This document shows positions 14,567-23,964 of a stretch of 64,000 nucleotides of DNA, in pieces (the stretch's first letter is position 1; every line of letters starts with the position of its first letter). The DNA lies in the NCBI GenBank assembly GCA_963771355.1, contig CAVYTA010000005.1, positions 944,121 to 1,008,120 of the forward strand, read 5' to 3'. Source of the stretch: an uncultured Candidatus Rokubacteria bacterium. GTDB lineage: Bacteria; Methylomirabilota; Methylomirabilia; Rokubacteriales; CSP1-6. Position numbers and translations under genes: made by a program. The notes under the pieces are model-generated. The model ran no database searches. It saw only the letters and a list, made by a program, of their open reading frames with translations, and was not told the DNA's origin.

Positions 14567-15682
14567 GTGAGCCTGATCTCGAAGTCGGAGTTCGTGGGGC
14601 TGGATGGCGTGACGCATCTCTGCACCGGCGGCGAGGCGCCGTGGCTCCGGTCCCACGACGCCGCTTGTGCGCGCTTCGGTGAGCTCAAGAGCGCGGGCAT
14701 GGCCGGGCGCGAGGCGATCTTCGGCGTCTACGGGCGTGCCAAGTCGCGCGTGGCGCGCCGGCTCGGCGTGTCCCCCGAGCGGGTCGCCTTCCTCGCCCAT
14801 TCCTCCGAGGGCCTGAACCAGGCGGTGCGGGCGGTGGACTGGCGTCGGGGCGACAATGCCGTGTTCGCGGACCTCGAGTATCCCTCGCTGGTCTTTCCCG
14901 TCGCGGGGCTGGCCGACCGCGGGGTCGAGCCGCGCGTGGTGCGGACGCTGGGCCATCACCTCTCCATGGATGCCCTCGCCGCCGCGGTGGATGCGCGCAC
15001 GCGCCTGGTGCTGGTGAGCCAGGTGAGCTATCTCACCGGGCAGCGCCTCGACCTCGCCCGCTGCGCCGAGCTGGCGCGGCGACGCGGCGCCTGGCTCGCG
15101 GTGGACGCGACCCATGCCCTGGGGGTGGTGCCGGTGCCCGGCGACGTCTGCGACTTCGTGGTGTCGTCCTGCTACAAGTGGCTGCTCGCCACCCACGGGG
15201 TGGGCATCTTCGCCTACAGCGCGGAGCGGGTGGGGGAGCTCGCGCCCGCCACCATCGGCTGGCATAGCGTGGAGGGTCGCGGAGGCTTCGAGGATCCCCT
15301 GGCCATGCCGCTCCGTCGGACGGCGGCGCGGCTCGAGGCGGGCAACCCGTCGCTGCTGCCGCTGTTCGTGCTCGACAATGCGCTCGAGCGCACCGAGGGA
15401 CTCGACCTCGGCACGGTCGAGCGTCATGCCCAGGCGCTGGGCGCGCGCCTCATCGAGGGGCTCACCGCGCGCGGGCGCAAGGTGATCACCCCCGAGGCGC
15501 CCGCCGAGCGGGCGGGGAATGTCTGTTTCCTCGCCGACGACGCGCGGGGGTTGGCCGACCGCCTCGCCACGCGAAAGGTGCTCGTCTGGGGGGGCGACGG
15601 CCGCATCCGCGTCTCCGCCCACCTCTACAACGATGGGGAGGACGTGGCCGCCTTCTTCGCGGCGATGGACGCGGTCGGCTAG
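14567..15682 (+). CDS. Class V PLP aminotransferase / C-S lyase-like
   Basis: DLEYPS, AVDATHALG, SSCYKWLL (PLP Lys), RLEAGNP, IRVSAHLYN; no NifS/SufS catalytic Cys loop. Confidence 0.88.
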   Translation: MSLISKSEFVGLDGVTHLCTGGEAPWLRSHDAACARFGELKSAGMAGREAIFGVYGRAKSRVARRLGVSPERVAFLAHSSEGLNQAVRAVDWRRGDNAVFADLEYPSLVFPVAGLADRGVEPRVVRTLGHHLSMDALAAAVDARTRLVLVSQVSYLTGQRLDLARCAELARRRGAWLAVDATHALGVVPVPGDVCDFVVSSCYKWLLATHGVGIFAYSAERVGELAPATIGWHSVEGRGGFEDPLAMPLRRTAARLEAGNPSLLPLFVLDNALERTEGLDLGTVERHAQALGARLIEGLTARGRKVITPEAPAERAGNVCFLADDARGLADRLATRKVLVWGGDGRIRVSAHLYNDGEDVAAFFAAMDAVG

Positions 15683-15686
15683 ATCC

Positions 15687-16265
15687 TTACGGCAGGAGAT
15701 CCGCCACGCGGATCCGCGCAGCGGGCGCGGCGACCGGCGCGACGGTCTCGTCGCGTCCGAGGGAATGGACTTCCTGGTAACGCCATCCCGCCGCCGTCTC
15801 GGGCGTCGCCACGGGCTCGCGGTGCACCTCCAGGGTTCCCTCGACCAGGTTGACGATCCAGTAATCCCGAATGCCCGCCCGAGCATAGAGGGTCGCCTTG
15901 CGCCCTCGATCGAGGGCGAGACTGGACTCGGCAACCTCCACGAGGAGGGCGGCGTGGCGCGGATGCCCCCCGCGGAGGTCGGCGAGCACGCCATGGACGA
16001 TGCTGAAGTCGGGCTCCGGCTCCGACATCTCATCGAGCGCCAGAGGGAGCTGCATCGCGAGGAGCCACCCGTCGCCAAAGTGGGGACGGAGGGCCGCGTC
16101 GACCCGGCGGATCGCCAGCGCGTGACGGTCGTGCTGGGGTTCCCTCACCAGGAGCAGGCCGTCGAGGAGCTCCAGCCGCTCGTCCGGCCGGAACAATCCC
16201 TTCTCGATCATCTGCTCGTATTCGACTCGCGACCAGCGGCGCGTGTAGACGATCGCCTCGCCCAT
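15687..16265 (-). CDS. Uma2 (DUF820) family endonuclease
   Basis: ERLELLDG, SEPEPDFSIV, LLVEVAESSLALDRGRKATLYARAGIRDYWIVNL. Confidence 0.92.
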   Translation of the reverse strand: MGEAIVYTRRWSRVEYEQMIEKGLFRPDERLELLDGLLLVREPQHDRHALAIRRVDAALRPHFGDGWLLAMQLPLALDEMSEPEPDFSIVHGVLADLRGGHPRHAALLVEVAESSLALDRGRKATLYARAGIRDYWIVNLVEGTLEVHREPVATPETAAGWRYQEVHSLGRDETVAPVAAPAARIRVADLLP

Positions 16266-16306
16266 GCGCTCACGTCAGCGAAGCGACGCAAGGGCTGTCA
16301 ATGTCC

Positions 16307-16978
16307 TCACCCGGAGACGCCCGGCGAGAGCACGCGGAAGCCGTAGTCGGAGTAACGGAGCGTGGGGGGCAGGGACGAGCGGTGCGCCACCGGACTCCAG
16401 GGATCCTGGTGCCGCCACGCGCCGCCACGGGAGACGCGACGCGTGCCGGTCGACGGCCCCGGAGGATTCCGCTCCGGTGAGACCGCGTAGTAGCCGGCAT
16501 CCTCCCAGTCCTGGCACCACTCGTGGCAGACGCCGGACAGCGCGTGAAGCCCGAGCGGGTTCGGCTTGCCCTCGGTGACGCGCGGGGGGCGCTCGGCGCG
16601 CCCGGTGCCGGGATGCGCGTCCCCCCACGGAAAGCGCGCGTGCTCGACGCCTCCGCGCGCGGCCTTTTCCCACTCCGCTTCGGTGGGGAGGCGGACGGGC
16701 CGGCCCTCGACGCCGGAGAGCCACTCGCAGTACGCGACGGCCTCCGCCCAGGCGACGCCGACCACTGGTTGCTCGGGGTCCGCGAAGTCGGCGTGCGTCC
16801 ACCAGGGCGGCGGCGCGGCGCCGCCCGCCGCGAGAAAGCGCGCGAACTCGGCGTTGGTCACCGGGTAGCGGCCCACCGCGAAGGCATCCAGCCACACGCG
16901 ATGGCGCGGCCGCTCGGCGGGAGGGCCCGCCTCCCAGCCCATCCAGAACCAGCCCGCCGGGACCTCCACCAGCTCCAC
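16307..16978 (-). CDS. SUMF1/FGE-sulfatase domain protein
   Basis: VPAGWFWMG, ERPRHRV, PVTNAEF, RLPTEAEWEKAARGG, RVSRGGAW, GFRV; GTG start at 16978. Confidence 0.9.
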   Translation of the reverse strand: MELVEVPAGWFWMGWEAGPPAERPRHRVWLDAFAVGRYPVTNAEFARFLAAGGAAPPPWWTHADFADPEQPVVGVAWAEAVAYCEWLSGVEGRPVRLPTEAEWEKAARGGVEHARFPWGDAHPGTGRAERPPRVTEGKPNPLGLHALSGVCHEWCQDWEDAGYYAVSPERNPPGPSTGTRRVSRGGAWRHQDPWSPVAHRSSLPPTLRYSDYGFRVLSPGVSG

Positions 16979-16985
16979 GGCTCGG

Positions 16986-16993
16986 AGTATAAT
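16986..16993. promoter_or_regulatory. Overlapping bidirectional -10 element for two divergent leaderless genes
   Basis: AGTATAAT gives TATAAT on + (9 nt before ATG 17003) and TATACT on - (7 nt before GTG 16978). Confidence 0.7.
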
Positions 16994-17002
16994 CGCCGGA
17001 CC

Positions 17003-18172
17003 ATGAACTTCGCGGATCGGATGACGCGACTGGGAACCGAGTCGGCCTTCGAGGTGCTCGCGCGTGCCAAGGCGCTCGAGCGCCAGGGCAAGGAGATCGT
17101 CCACCTCGAGATCGGCGAGCCGGACTTCGACACGCCGGCGCATATCCGCGAGGCGGGCAAGCGGGCGCTCGACGGCGGCGCCACCCACTATGGCCCGGCG
17201 GCGGGGCTGCCCGAGCTGCGCGAGGCCATCGCCAAGGACGTGGGCGCCACGCGGGGGATGCCGGTGGAGCTCGACGAGATCGTGGTGACCCCGGGCGCCA
17301 AGCCCATCATGTACTTCGTCATCACCGCGCTGGTGAACCCGGGCGACGAGGTGATCTATCCCAACCCCGGCTTCCCCATCTATGAATCGGTGATCAATTT
17401 CGTCGGCGGCAAGGGGGTCCCGATCCCGTTGCGCGAGGAGTCCGGCTTCGGCTTCGACATGGAGCTGTTCGAGAAGAAGGTGTCGGCCAAGACCAAGCTC
17501 ATCGTGATCAACTCGCCGCAGAACCCCACCGGCGGCGTGCTCGACCGGGATCAGCTCGGCCGCATCGCGGAGGCGGCGAAGAAGTACCGCATCCCCGTGC
17601 TCACCGATGAGATCTACAAGTCCTTCCTCTACGAGGGCGAGTTCGTGTCCATCACCGCGTTTCCCGGGATGAAGGACCTCACCATCATCCTGGACGGCTT
17701 CTCGAAGTCGTACGCCATGACCGGCTGGCGTCTGGGCTACGGCGTGATGCCGCGCGATCTCGCCGACCATGTCGCGCGGCTCATGGTGAACTCCAACTCC
17801 TGTACCGCGTCGTTCACCCAGCTGGCGGGAATCGCGGCGCTCCAGGGCGATCAGCAGCCGGTGCACGCGATGGTGGCCGAGTTCAAGCGCCGCCGCGACA
17901 TCATCGTGGAGGGACTCAACAGCCTGCCCGGTGTGAGCTGCCGCTCGCCCCGCGGGGCCTTCTACGTATTCCCCAACGTGAAGAAGCTGGGACGGCCCTC
18001 GGCCGAGGTGGCGGCCGCCGTGCTCAGCGAGGCGGGGGTGGCCGTGCTCGGCGGCTCCGCCTTCGGCGAGTACGGCGAAGGCTATCTGCGGCTCTCGTAC
18101 GCGAACTCCGAGGCGAACATCCGCAAGGCCCTCGAGCGGATGCGTCCCGTGCTCGCCCGGCTGGCCGGCTAG
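17003..18172 (+). CDS. Class I/II PLP aminotransferase (aspartate aminotransferase-like)
   Basis: IGEPDFDTP, NSPQNPTG, TDEIY, GFSKSYAMTGWRLGY. Confidence 0.95.
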   Translation: MNFADRMTRLGTESAFEVLARAKALERQGKEIVHLEIGEPDFDTPAHIREAGKRALDGGATHYGPAAGLPELREAIAKDVGATRGMPVELDEIVVTPGAKPIMYFVITALVNPGDEVIYPNPGFPIYESVINFVGGKGVPIPLREESGFGFDMELFEKKVSAKTKLIVINSPQNPTGGVLDRDQLGRIAEAAKKYRIPVLTDEIYKSFLYEGEFVSITAFPGMKDLTIILDGFSKSYAMTGWRLGYGVMPRDLADHVARLMVNSNSCTASFTQLAGIAALQGDQQPVHAMVAEFKRRRDIIVEGLNSLPGVSCRSPRGAFYVFPNVKKLGRPSAEVAAAVLSEAGVAVLGGSAFGEYGEGYLRLSYANSEANIRKALERMRPVLARLAG

Positions 18173-18208
18173 CCGACCACCCGGGACGACGCCGGGCGCG
18201 CGGGCTCC

Positions 18209-18829
18209 ATGCTTTCCGTCTTCCTCCGTGGTCTGCTCATCGGCTTCTCCATCGCCGCGCCGGTGGGGCCCATCGGGCTGCTCTGCATCCGGCGCACGGT
18301 CGCCGACGGCCGAATGGTGGGCTTCGTCTCCGGACTGGGCGCGGCCACCGCGGACGCCTTCTATGGAGCGGTGGCGGGTTTCGGGCTCACGGTGGTGTCC
18401 GGGGCGCTCGTGCACGGCCAGACGCCGCTGCGGCTCGTGGGCGGGGCGTTTCTCTGCTATCTCGGCGTGCGGACCTTTCTGGCCCGTCCCGCCCAGACCG
18501 CGGCGGTGGCCGGCCGCCGGGGGCTGCTGGGCGCCTATGCCTCCACCCTGGCTCTCACCCTGACCAACCCGTCGACCATTCTCTCGTTCGTGGCGATCTT
18601 CGCGGGGCTGGGCCTGGGAAGCGGCGGATCGAACTACGCGAGCGCGGGCCTGCTGGTGGCGGGGGTCTTCATCGGCTCCGCGCTCTGGTGGCTGATCCTG
18701 AGTGGTACGGCGGGAGTGCTACGAGGACGGCTGACCCCGCTAGGCCTGCGCTGGATGAACCGGCTCTCCGCCGTCATCCTCGCCGGCTTCGGGGTCGCCG
18801 CCCTCGTATCCGTGTGGCCCGGAGGCTAG
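18209..18829 (+). CDS. LysE family translocator
   Basis: SIAAPVGPIGLLCIRRT, GLGAATAD, LTLTNPSTILSF. Confidence 0.92.
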   Translation: MLSVFLRGLLIGFSIAAPVGPIGLLCIRRTVADGRMVGFVSGLGAATADAFYGAVAGFGLTVVSGALVHGQTPLRLVGGAFLCYLGVRTFLARPAQTAAVAGRRGLLGAYASTLALTLTNPSTILSFVAIFAGLGLGSGGSNYASAGLLVAGVFIGSALWWLILSGTAGVLRGRLTPLGLRWMNRLSAVILAGFGVAALVSVWPGG

Positions 18830-19416
18830 CCCAGGCGCCCGCGGCTCTCCTCGAAGCGGCGCTCCACCGCATCCCAGTTCACGTTCTCCAGGAACGCCTC
18901 GATGTAGTCCTTCCGGCCGCCGGCCCCATGATCGACCATGTAGGCGTGCTCCCACACGTCCATCACCAGGATGGGCGTGAACCCGGCCGGATGCCCCAGC
19001 TCATGATCGCTCACCCACCAGTTGAAGAGATGGCCGGTGCCGGGATCGTGATAGAGAATCGCCCAGCCCACTCCGCGAATCTCGCCGGTGTGGGCGAAAT
19101 CTTCCTTCCACATTTCCAGGTCCTTCCAGGTCGCGTCGAGCGCCTGGATGAGCTTGCCGCGCGGGCGAAGGGTCGTGCCCGCCTTGAGGTTCTCGAAGTA
19201 GTACTCGTGCAGCACGACGCCGTTGAGCTCGAAGCCGGCGCGGCGCTTGAGCTCTGCCCAGGGGCGGGATCCGGGTTCCGCTCCCGCGATCTCGGCGATG
19301 AGCTCGTTGACGTTCTTCACATAGCCGCGGTAGAGCTCCCAGTGCTGCTCGATCTGATCGCTCGAGATCCCCTTCAGGTTTTGCGGCTTGAGTGCGTCCT
19401 TGGCTTTATAGGGCAT
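18826..19416 (-). CDS. sod: Fe/Mn superoxide dismutase
   Basis: EQHWELYRGYV, LHEYYF, MDVWEHAYMVD. Confidence 0.92.
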   Translation of the reverse strand: MPYKAKDALKPQNLKGISSDQIEQHWELYRGYVKNVNELIAEIAGAEPGSRPWAELKRRAGFELNGVVLHEYYFENLKAGTTLRPRGKLIQALDATWKDLEMWKEDFAHTGEIRGVGWAILYHDPGTGHLFNWWVSDHELGHPAGFTPILVMDVWEHAYMVDHGAGGRKDYIEAFLENVNWDAVERRFEESRGRLG

Positions 19417-19431
19417 AACGGTCTCCCTTTC

Positions 19432-19581
19432 TCATACGGGTCGGCGCCCCTGGATCACCCGGACCAGGACCACCACGACGGCGGCGACGAGCAAGATATG
19501 GACGAAGCCGCTGAGAGTGTAGGAGGTGACCAGACCAACGGCCCACAGGAGCAGCAGGACAACCGCCAATGTCTCAAGCAT
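19432..19581 (-). CDS. Small membrane protein, lmo0937/DUF5670 family (49 aa)
   Basis: Own translation MLETLAVVLLLLWAVGLVTSYTLSGFVHILLVAAVVVVLVRVIQGRRPV; SD GGAGG upstream. Confidence 0.85.
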   Translation of the reverse strand: MLETLAVVLLLLWAVGLVTSYTLSGFVHILLVAAVVVVLVRVIQGRRPV

Positions 19582-19748
19582 GGCAAATCCTCCTTGCCCG
19601 CGTGCGAACGCAAGGGCCGTGCCCGGAGGGAGGGAGATCAGATTCGCTCGGAATCACGCAGAGTTCTGGCGCCGATTGGCTTGCGACGCGCGGGTAGGAC
19701 TTACCTGCCATGGACAAATCGGACCGCCTGTTGAAGAATGCGGAGGCC

Positions 19749-21407
19749 ATGCCCACCGTCGCCGAGCTCATCGTCTCCGCACTGGTCCGCGCGGGCGTCG
19801 CGCGTCTGTTCGGCGTGCCCGGAGGGGGCTCCAACCTCGAGGTGCTCGAGGCGGCGCGCGTGCAAGGGTTACCCTTCGTGCTCTGCCATCAGGAGTGGGC
19901 GGCCTGCCTCATGGCCGCGGTGACCGGCGAGCTGACGGGTCGGCCCGGTGCCGTGCTCTCCACGCTCGGACCCGGCGTCACCGCCAGCGCCACCGGGCTG
20001 GCGCACGCGCTGCTCGACCGTTCGCCGCTCATCTATCTGAGCGACCGGCATCCGGACAAGGCCCTGACGTTCACCACGCATCAGACGGTGGATCACGCGG
20101 CCCACGCGGGCGCGGTCGCGAAGGGGACGGTGACGGTGACGCCGGAGTCCGCGGGCCACTGGGTGGCGCATGCGGTACAGCTGGCCCTCGCGGAGCCGCG
20201 CGGGCCGGTGCATCTGGACCTTCCCGCCGACGTCGCCGACCGCGAGGCGCTGCCGGTGGCGACGAGCGTGACGCCGGCGCTTCCCGCGCGTCCCGATGAC
20301 GCCGCGCTGGCACGCGCGGCGGTGCTGATTCGCGGCGCGCGGCGGCCCGTGATCCTGGCCGGGCTGGGCTGCCGCTCCGCGGACACGAAGTGGCTGCGCG
20401 CCTTCGCCGAGGCCTTGCCCGCCCCCGTGCTGACCACCTACAAGGCCAAGGGCGCGCTCGCCGACCCGCACCCGCTCGCGATGGGCGTGGTCACGGGCGG
20501 CGCCCTGGAGGAGCCCTTCGTCCGCCAGGCCGACCTCATCATCGCCTTTGGCCTGGACACGGTGGAGCTGATCCCCCGCGCCTGGCCGTACACCGCCCCG
20601 GTGCTCAATCTCACCCGTTGCGCGTCGGACGCCGCGGGGCTGCGCGCGCCCGGCGGCGGCGCCTATTTCACCCCGGCCGCCGAGGTGGTGGGGGACCTCG
20701 GGACCATTCTGGAGGATCTGGCTCCACGCCTGGCGGGCGCCGCTTCCGCGGACTGGGACGTGGCCGCGGTGGACCGCTGGCGCCGCGAGCGCCGCGCCGC
20801 GCTCGAGGTGACGGTATCCGGCCTGGCTCCGCATCGGGTGGTGCAGCTCGCGCGCGAGCTCACGCCGGAGGGCACCATCGCCACGGTGGACGCGGGCGCC
20901 CACATGTTCCCCACCACCGCCTACTGGGACGCCACCGAGCTGGGCGAATGCCTCATCTCCAACGGGCTGGCCACCATGGGCTTCGCCTTGCCGGCGGCCA
21001 TCGCCGCCCAGCTCGTCCACCCGGACCGGCGCGTCGTGTGCTTTACCGGCGACGGCGGCCTCATGATGGTGGCCGCCGAGCTGGAGACGGTCGCGCGGCT
21101 GCGGTTGCCCCTCCTCATCGTGGTGTTCGACGACCAGGCGCTGTCGCTCATCGACGTGAAGCAGATGCAGCGCGGCCTCGCGGGCACCTCCATGCGCTAC
21201 GCGGGACCGGACCTGGCCGCGCTGGCGCGCGCGTTCGGCATCCGCGCGTGGATCGCGGAGGACGAGACGACGTTCCGCAACGCGCTCGTCGCCGCGCAGG
21301 CCTCCGCGGCCCCCGCGCTCATCGCCGCGCGCATCGACGCCTCCGGCTATCTCAAGACGCTGGAGATCGTCCGCGGCGCCGGCCCCGTCGCCTCTCGCCA
21401 ACCCTGA
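19749..21407 (+). CDS. Thiamine diphosphate-binding enzyme (acetolactate synthase-like)
   Basis: FGVPGG, HQE, TLGPG, GPVHLDLP, ATMGFALPAAIAA, GDGG; SD GGAGG. Confidence 0.9.
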   Translation: MPTVAELIVSALVRAGVARLFGVPGGGSNLEVLEAARVQGLPFVLCHQEWAACLMAAVTGELTGRPGAVLSTLGPGVTASATGLAHALLDRSPLIYLSDRHPDKALTFTTHQTVDHAAHAGAVAKGTVTVTPESAGHWVAHAVQLALAEPRGPVHLDLPADVADREALPVATSVTPALPARPDDAALARAAVLIRGARRPVILAGLGCRSADTKWLRAFAEALPAPVLTTYKAKGALADPHPLAMGVVTGGALEEPFVRQADLIIAFGLDTVELIPRAWPYTAPVLNLTRCASDAAGLRAPGGGAYFTPAAEVVGDLGTILEDLAPRLAGAASADWDVAAVDRWRRERRAALEVTVSGLAPHRVVQLARELTPEGTIATVDAGAHMFPTTAYWDATELGECLISNGLATMGFALPAAIAAQLVHPDRRVVCFTGDGGLMMVAAELETVARLRLPLLIVVFDDQALSLIDVKQMQRGLAGTSMRYAGPDLAALARAFGIRAWIAEDETTFRNALVAAQASAAPALIAARIDASGYLKTLEIVRGAGPVASRQP

Positions 21408-21419
21408 TATACTCGCCCC

Positions 21420-22079
21420 ATGCCATTCCTCTCCGCGGCCGACGAGCAGGCGGTGCGTCAGGAGTTCGAGAAGCTGAAGGGCCCGGTGAAGATCACCGTG
21501 TTTGCCTCCGAGCTGGGTGGCGAGAACAACCAGCAGACGGTGGCGCTGGTCCGGGAGGTCGCCGCGCTGTCGGATCAGATCTCGGTGCAGGTGCTCAACC
21601 CGCTCATCGAGCGCGAGCAGGCCCAGGCCTATGGCGTGGACGTGACGCCGGCCCTGGCGGTGGAAGGCGCGGCGGACTATGGCATCCGCTTCCTCGGCCT
21701 CCCCGCCGGCTACGAGTTCGCCAACCTCATCGATTCGATCATCGTCGCCTCGACCGGCGAGCCGGCCCTCAGCACGGCCACCCGGGACGCGCTGGACGGC
21801 CTCGGCGCGGACGTGACGATCAAGGTCTTCACCACGCCGACCTGACCCCACTGTCCCCGGGCCGTGCGCCTGGCGCAGCACATGGCGGTGGCGTCGAGCA
21901 GGGTGCGGGCCGAGTGCATCGAGGCCACCGAGTTCCCGGAAATGGCCCAGCGCTACCGCGTGATGGCGGTGCCCAAGATCGTGATCAACGACCGCGTCCA
22001 GTTCGAGGGGGCGCTGCCGGAGCCGCAATTCCTCGCCGCCGTGCTCGAGGCCGCGGGTGGCGAGGCGGCGAAGGGCTAG
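21420..22079 (+). CDS. Protein disulfide oxidoreductase (PDO/AhpF N-domain-like, two Trx folds), predicted selenoprotein
   Basis: ORFs 21420 and 21864 are in one frame, joined by TGA 21843-45 in VFTTPT-U-PHC (CxxC position); GLPAGYEF, MAVPKIVIN, FEGALPE. Confidence 0.9.
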
Positions 22080-22089
22080 CGACGCCCCC

Positions 22090-22545
22090 GTGGCCGCGGT
22101 GAGCGTGCCGCGGATCACACCTTCCGGCCGGGCGTGGCATCCGCTCACCGCCGCGCTGGATCTTCTCTTCACGTACGGCACCCTCATGCGCGGCTTCCGC
22201 CTGCACGACCTGCTAGAAGAGCGCGCCGAGTGGGTAGGGGAGGGACGCGTCATGGGACGGCTCATCGACCTGGGCCGCTATCCTGGCGCCCTGGCGGATG
22301 ACCGAGCGGTGATCCACGGTGAGGTGTATCGGCTCCGTGCGGCCGAGCACTGGACGGCGCTGGACTCCGCGGAAGGACCCCAGTATCATCGCAGCCGGGT
22401 CGCTGTCCGGATGGCGGACGGGCGATCGGTCGAGGCCTACATGTACTGGTATCGCGGACCGCTCGATCGGGGCCTGCCCATTCCCGGCGGCGACTACCGG
22501 GCGCATGCGCCCGCGCGTTCCATTCACCGTCACGCCACACTCTAG
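22090..22545 (+). CDS. Gamma-glutamylcyclotransferase family protein
   Basis: LFTYGTLMRG, DLGRYPG, IHGEVY, LDSAEG; start uncertain. Confidence 0.85.
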   Translation: MAAVSVPRITPSGRAWHPLTAALDLLFTYGTLMRGFRLHDLLEERAEWVGEGRVMGRLIDLGRYPGALADDRAVIHGEVYRLRAAEHWTALDSAEGPQYHRSRVAVRMADGRSVEAYMYWYRGPLDRGLPIPGGDYRAHAPARSIHRHATL

Positions 22546-22555
22546 GAGACAGCCG

Positions 22556-23911
22556 ATGCCGCTCGAGCCCGCGCAGCTCATCAAGGACGACCAGGATCAT
22601 CTCATCCACCCGCTCCACCACCCGAGCGACCATCTCGAGCCGATGGTCTACGTGCGCGGGCGGGGCGCCATGGTCACCGACATCCAGGGGCGCGACTACA
22701 TCGACGGCCTCGCGGGGCTCTGGAACGTCAATGTCGGCCACGGGCGCGAGGAGCTGGGGAAGGCGGCCGCCGACCAGATGGGCGAGCTGGCCTACTACTC
22801 CTGCTACACGGGCTCGTCGAACGTGCCGGCCATCCAGCTCGCCGACAAGCTCATCGAGCTCGCGCCGAAGAACATGCAGGCGGTGTTCTTCACCTCGGGC
22901 GGCGCCGAATCCAACGAGTCTGCGTTCAAGACCGCGCGCTTCTACTGGAAGGCCAAGGGCAAGCCGGACAAGATCAAGATCATCTCGCGCATCAACGCCT
23001 ACCACGGGGTGACGCTGCAGGCGATGAGCGCCACCGGCATGGCGCCCTACTGGAAGATGTTCGAGCCGCGGGTGCCCGGCTTCATCCACATCCCGACGTG
23101 CTATCCGTATCGTCAGGAGGGCGCCAAGCCCGGCGAGACGGCGGGGCAGACCGCGGCACGGCTCCTCGAGGAGGCCATCCTGCGCGAGGGGCCGGACACG
23201 GTGGCCGCCTTCATCGCCGAGCCCATCCACGGCGGCGGCGGCGTCATCTATCCCACCGACGACTACTTCCCGCTGGTGCGGCAGGTCTGCGACCGGCACC
23301 AGGTGCTCTTCATCGCCGACGAGGTCATCACCGGCTTTTGCCGCACCGGGAAGTGGTTCGCCATGGAGCACTGGAAGGTGAACCCGGACATCCTCTCCTT
23401 TGCCAAGGGCGTGTCGTCGGGCTATCTCCCGCTCGGCGGCATCATGGTCTCCAAGGCCATCAAGGAGGCCATGGATACCGTGAAGCTCGAGGATCGCTGG
23501 ATGCATGCCTACACCTACTCGGGGCATCCCACCTGTTGCGCGGTGGGGATCAAGAACATCGAGATCATGGAGAAGGAGCGGCTCTGGGAGCGCGCGGCGG
23601 TGATGGGCAAGCGGCTCCACGAGGGGCTGCACGCCGCCTTCGACGATCACCCGAACCTGGGCGACATCCGCTCCGGCAAGGGGCTGCTCGCCGCGGTCGA
23701 GCTGGTGGAGGACAAGGCCACCAAGAAGATGTTCGACCCGGACAAGAAGATCGGGCCGCGCCTCATGCAGGAGATGACCAAGCGCGGGCTGGTCACGCGG
23801 GCGCGCCTGGAGAACATCTTCTTCTCGCCGCCGCTGGTCATCACCGAGGCCGAGCTCGACCGGATGATCTCGATCACCCGCGACGCCGTCAAGGCCGTTA
23901 CCGGCAAGTAG
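22556..23911 (+). CDS. Class III aminotransferase (omega-amine transaminase-like)
   Basis: GLWNVNVGHGR, GGAESNE, AYHG, FIAEPIHG, FIADEVITGFCRTG, AKGVSSGY. Confidence 0.95.
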   Translation: MPLEPAQLIKDDQDHLIHPLHHPSDHLEPMVYVRGRGAMVTDIQGRDYIDGLAGLWNVNVGHGREELGKAAADQMGELAYYSCYTGSSNVPAIQLADKLIELAPKNMQAVFFTSGGAESNESAFKTARFYWKAKGKPDKIKIISRINAYHGVTLQAMSATGMAPYWKMFEPRVPGFIHIPTCYPYRQEGAKPGETAGQTAARLLEEAILREGPDTVAAFIAEPIHGGGGVIYPTDDYFPLVRQVCDRHQVLFIADEVITGFCRTGKWFAMEHWKVNPDILSFAKGVSSGYLPLGGIMVSKAIKEAMDTVKLEDRWMHAYTYSGHPTCCAVGIKNIEIMEKERLWERAAVMGKRLHEGLHAAFDDHPNLGDIRSGKGLLAAVELVEDKATKKMFDPDKKIGPRLMQEMTKRGLVTRARLENIFFSPPLVITEAELDRMISITRDAVKAVTGK

Positions 23912-23918
23912 GCCGTCC

Positions 23919-23946
23919 GCCCTCTCCCCCGGCCGGGGGAGAGGGC
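23919..23946. repeat. Perfect 28-bp palindrome (REP-like CCCTCTCCC...GGGAGAGGG hairpin)
   Basis: GCCCTCTCCCCCGG|CCGGGGGAGAGGGC directly after the stop codon of the class III aminotransferase. Confidence 0.8.
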
Positions 23947-23964
23947 CGGGTAGGGGGTCCGTCC

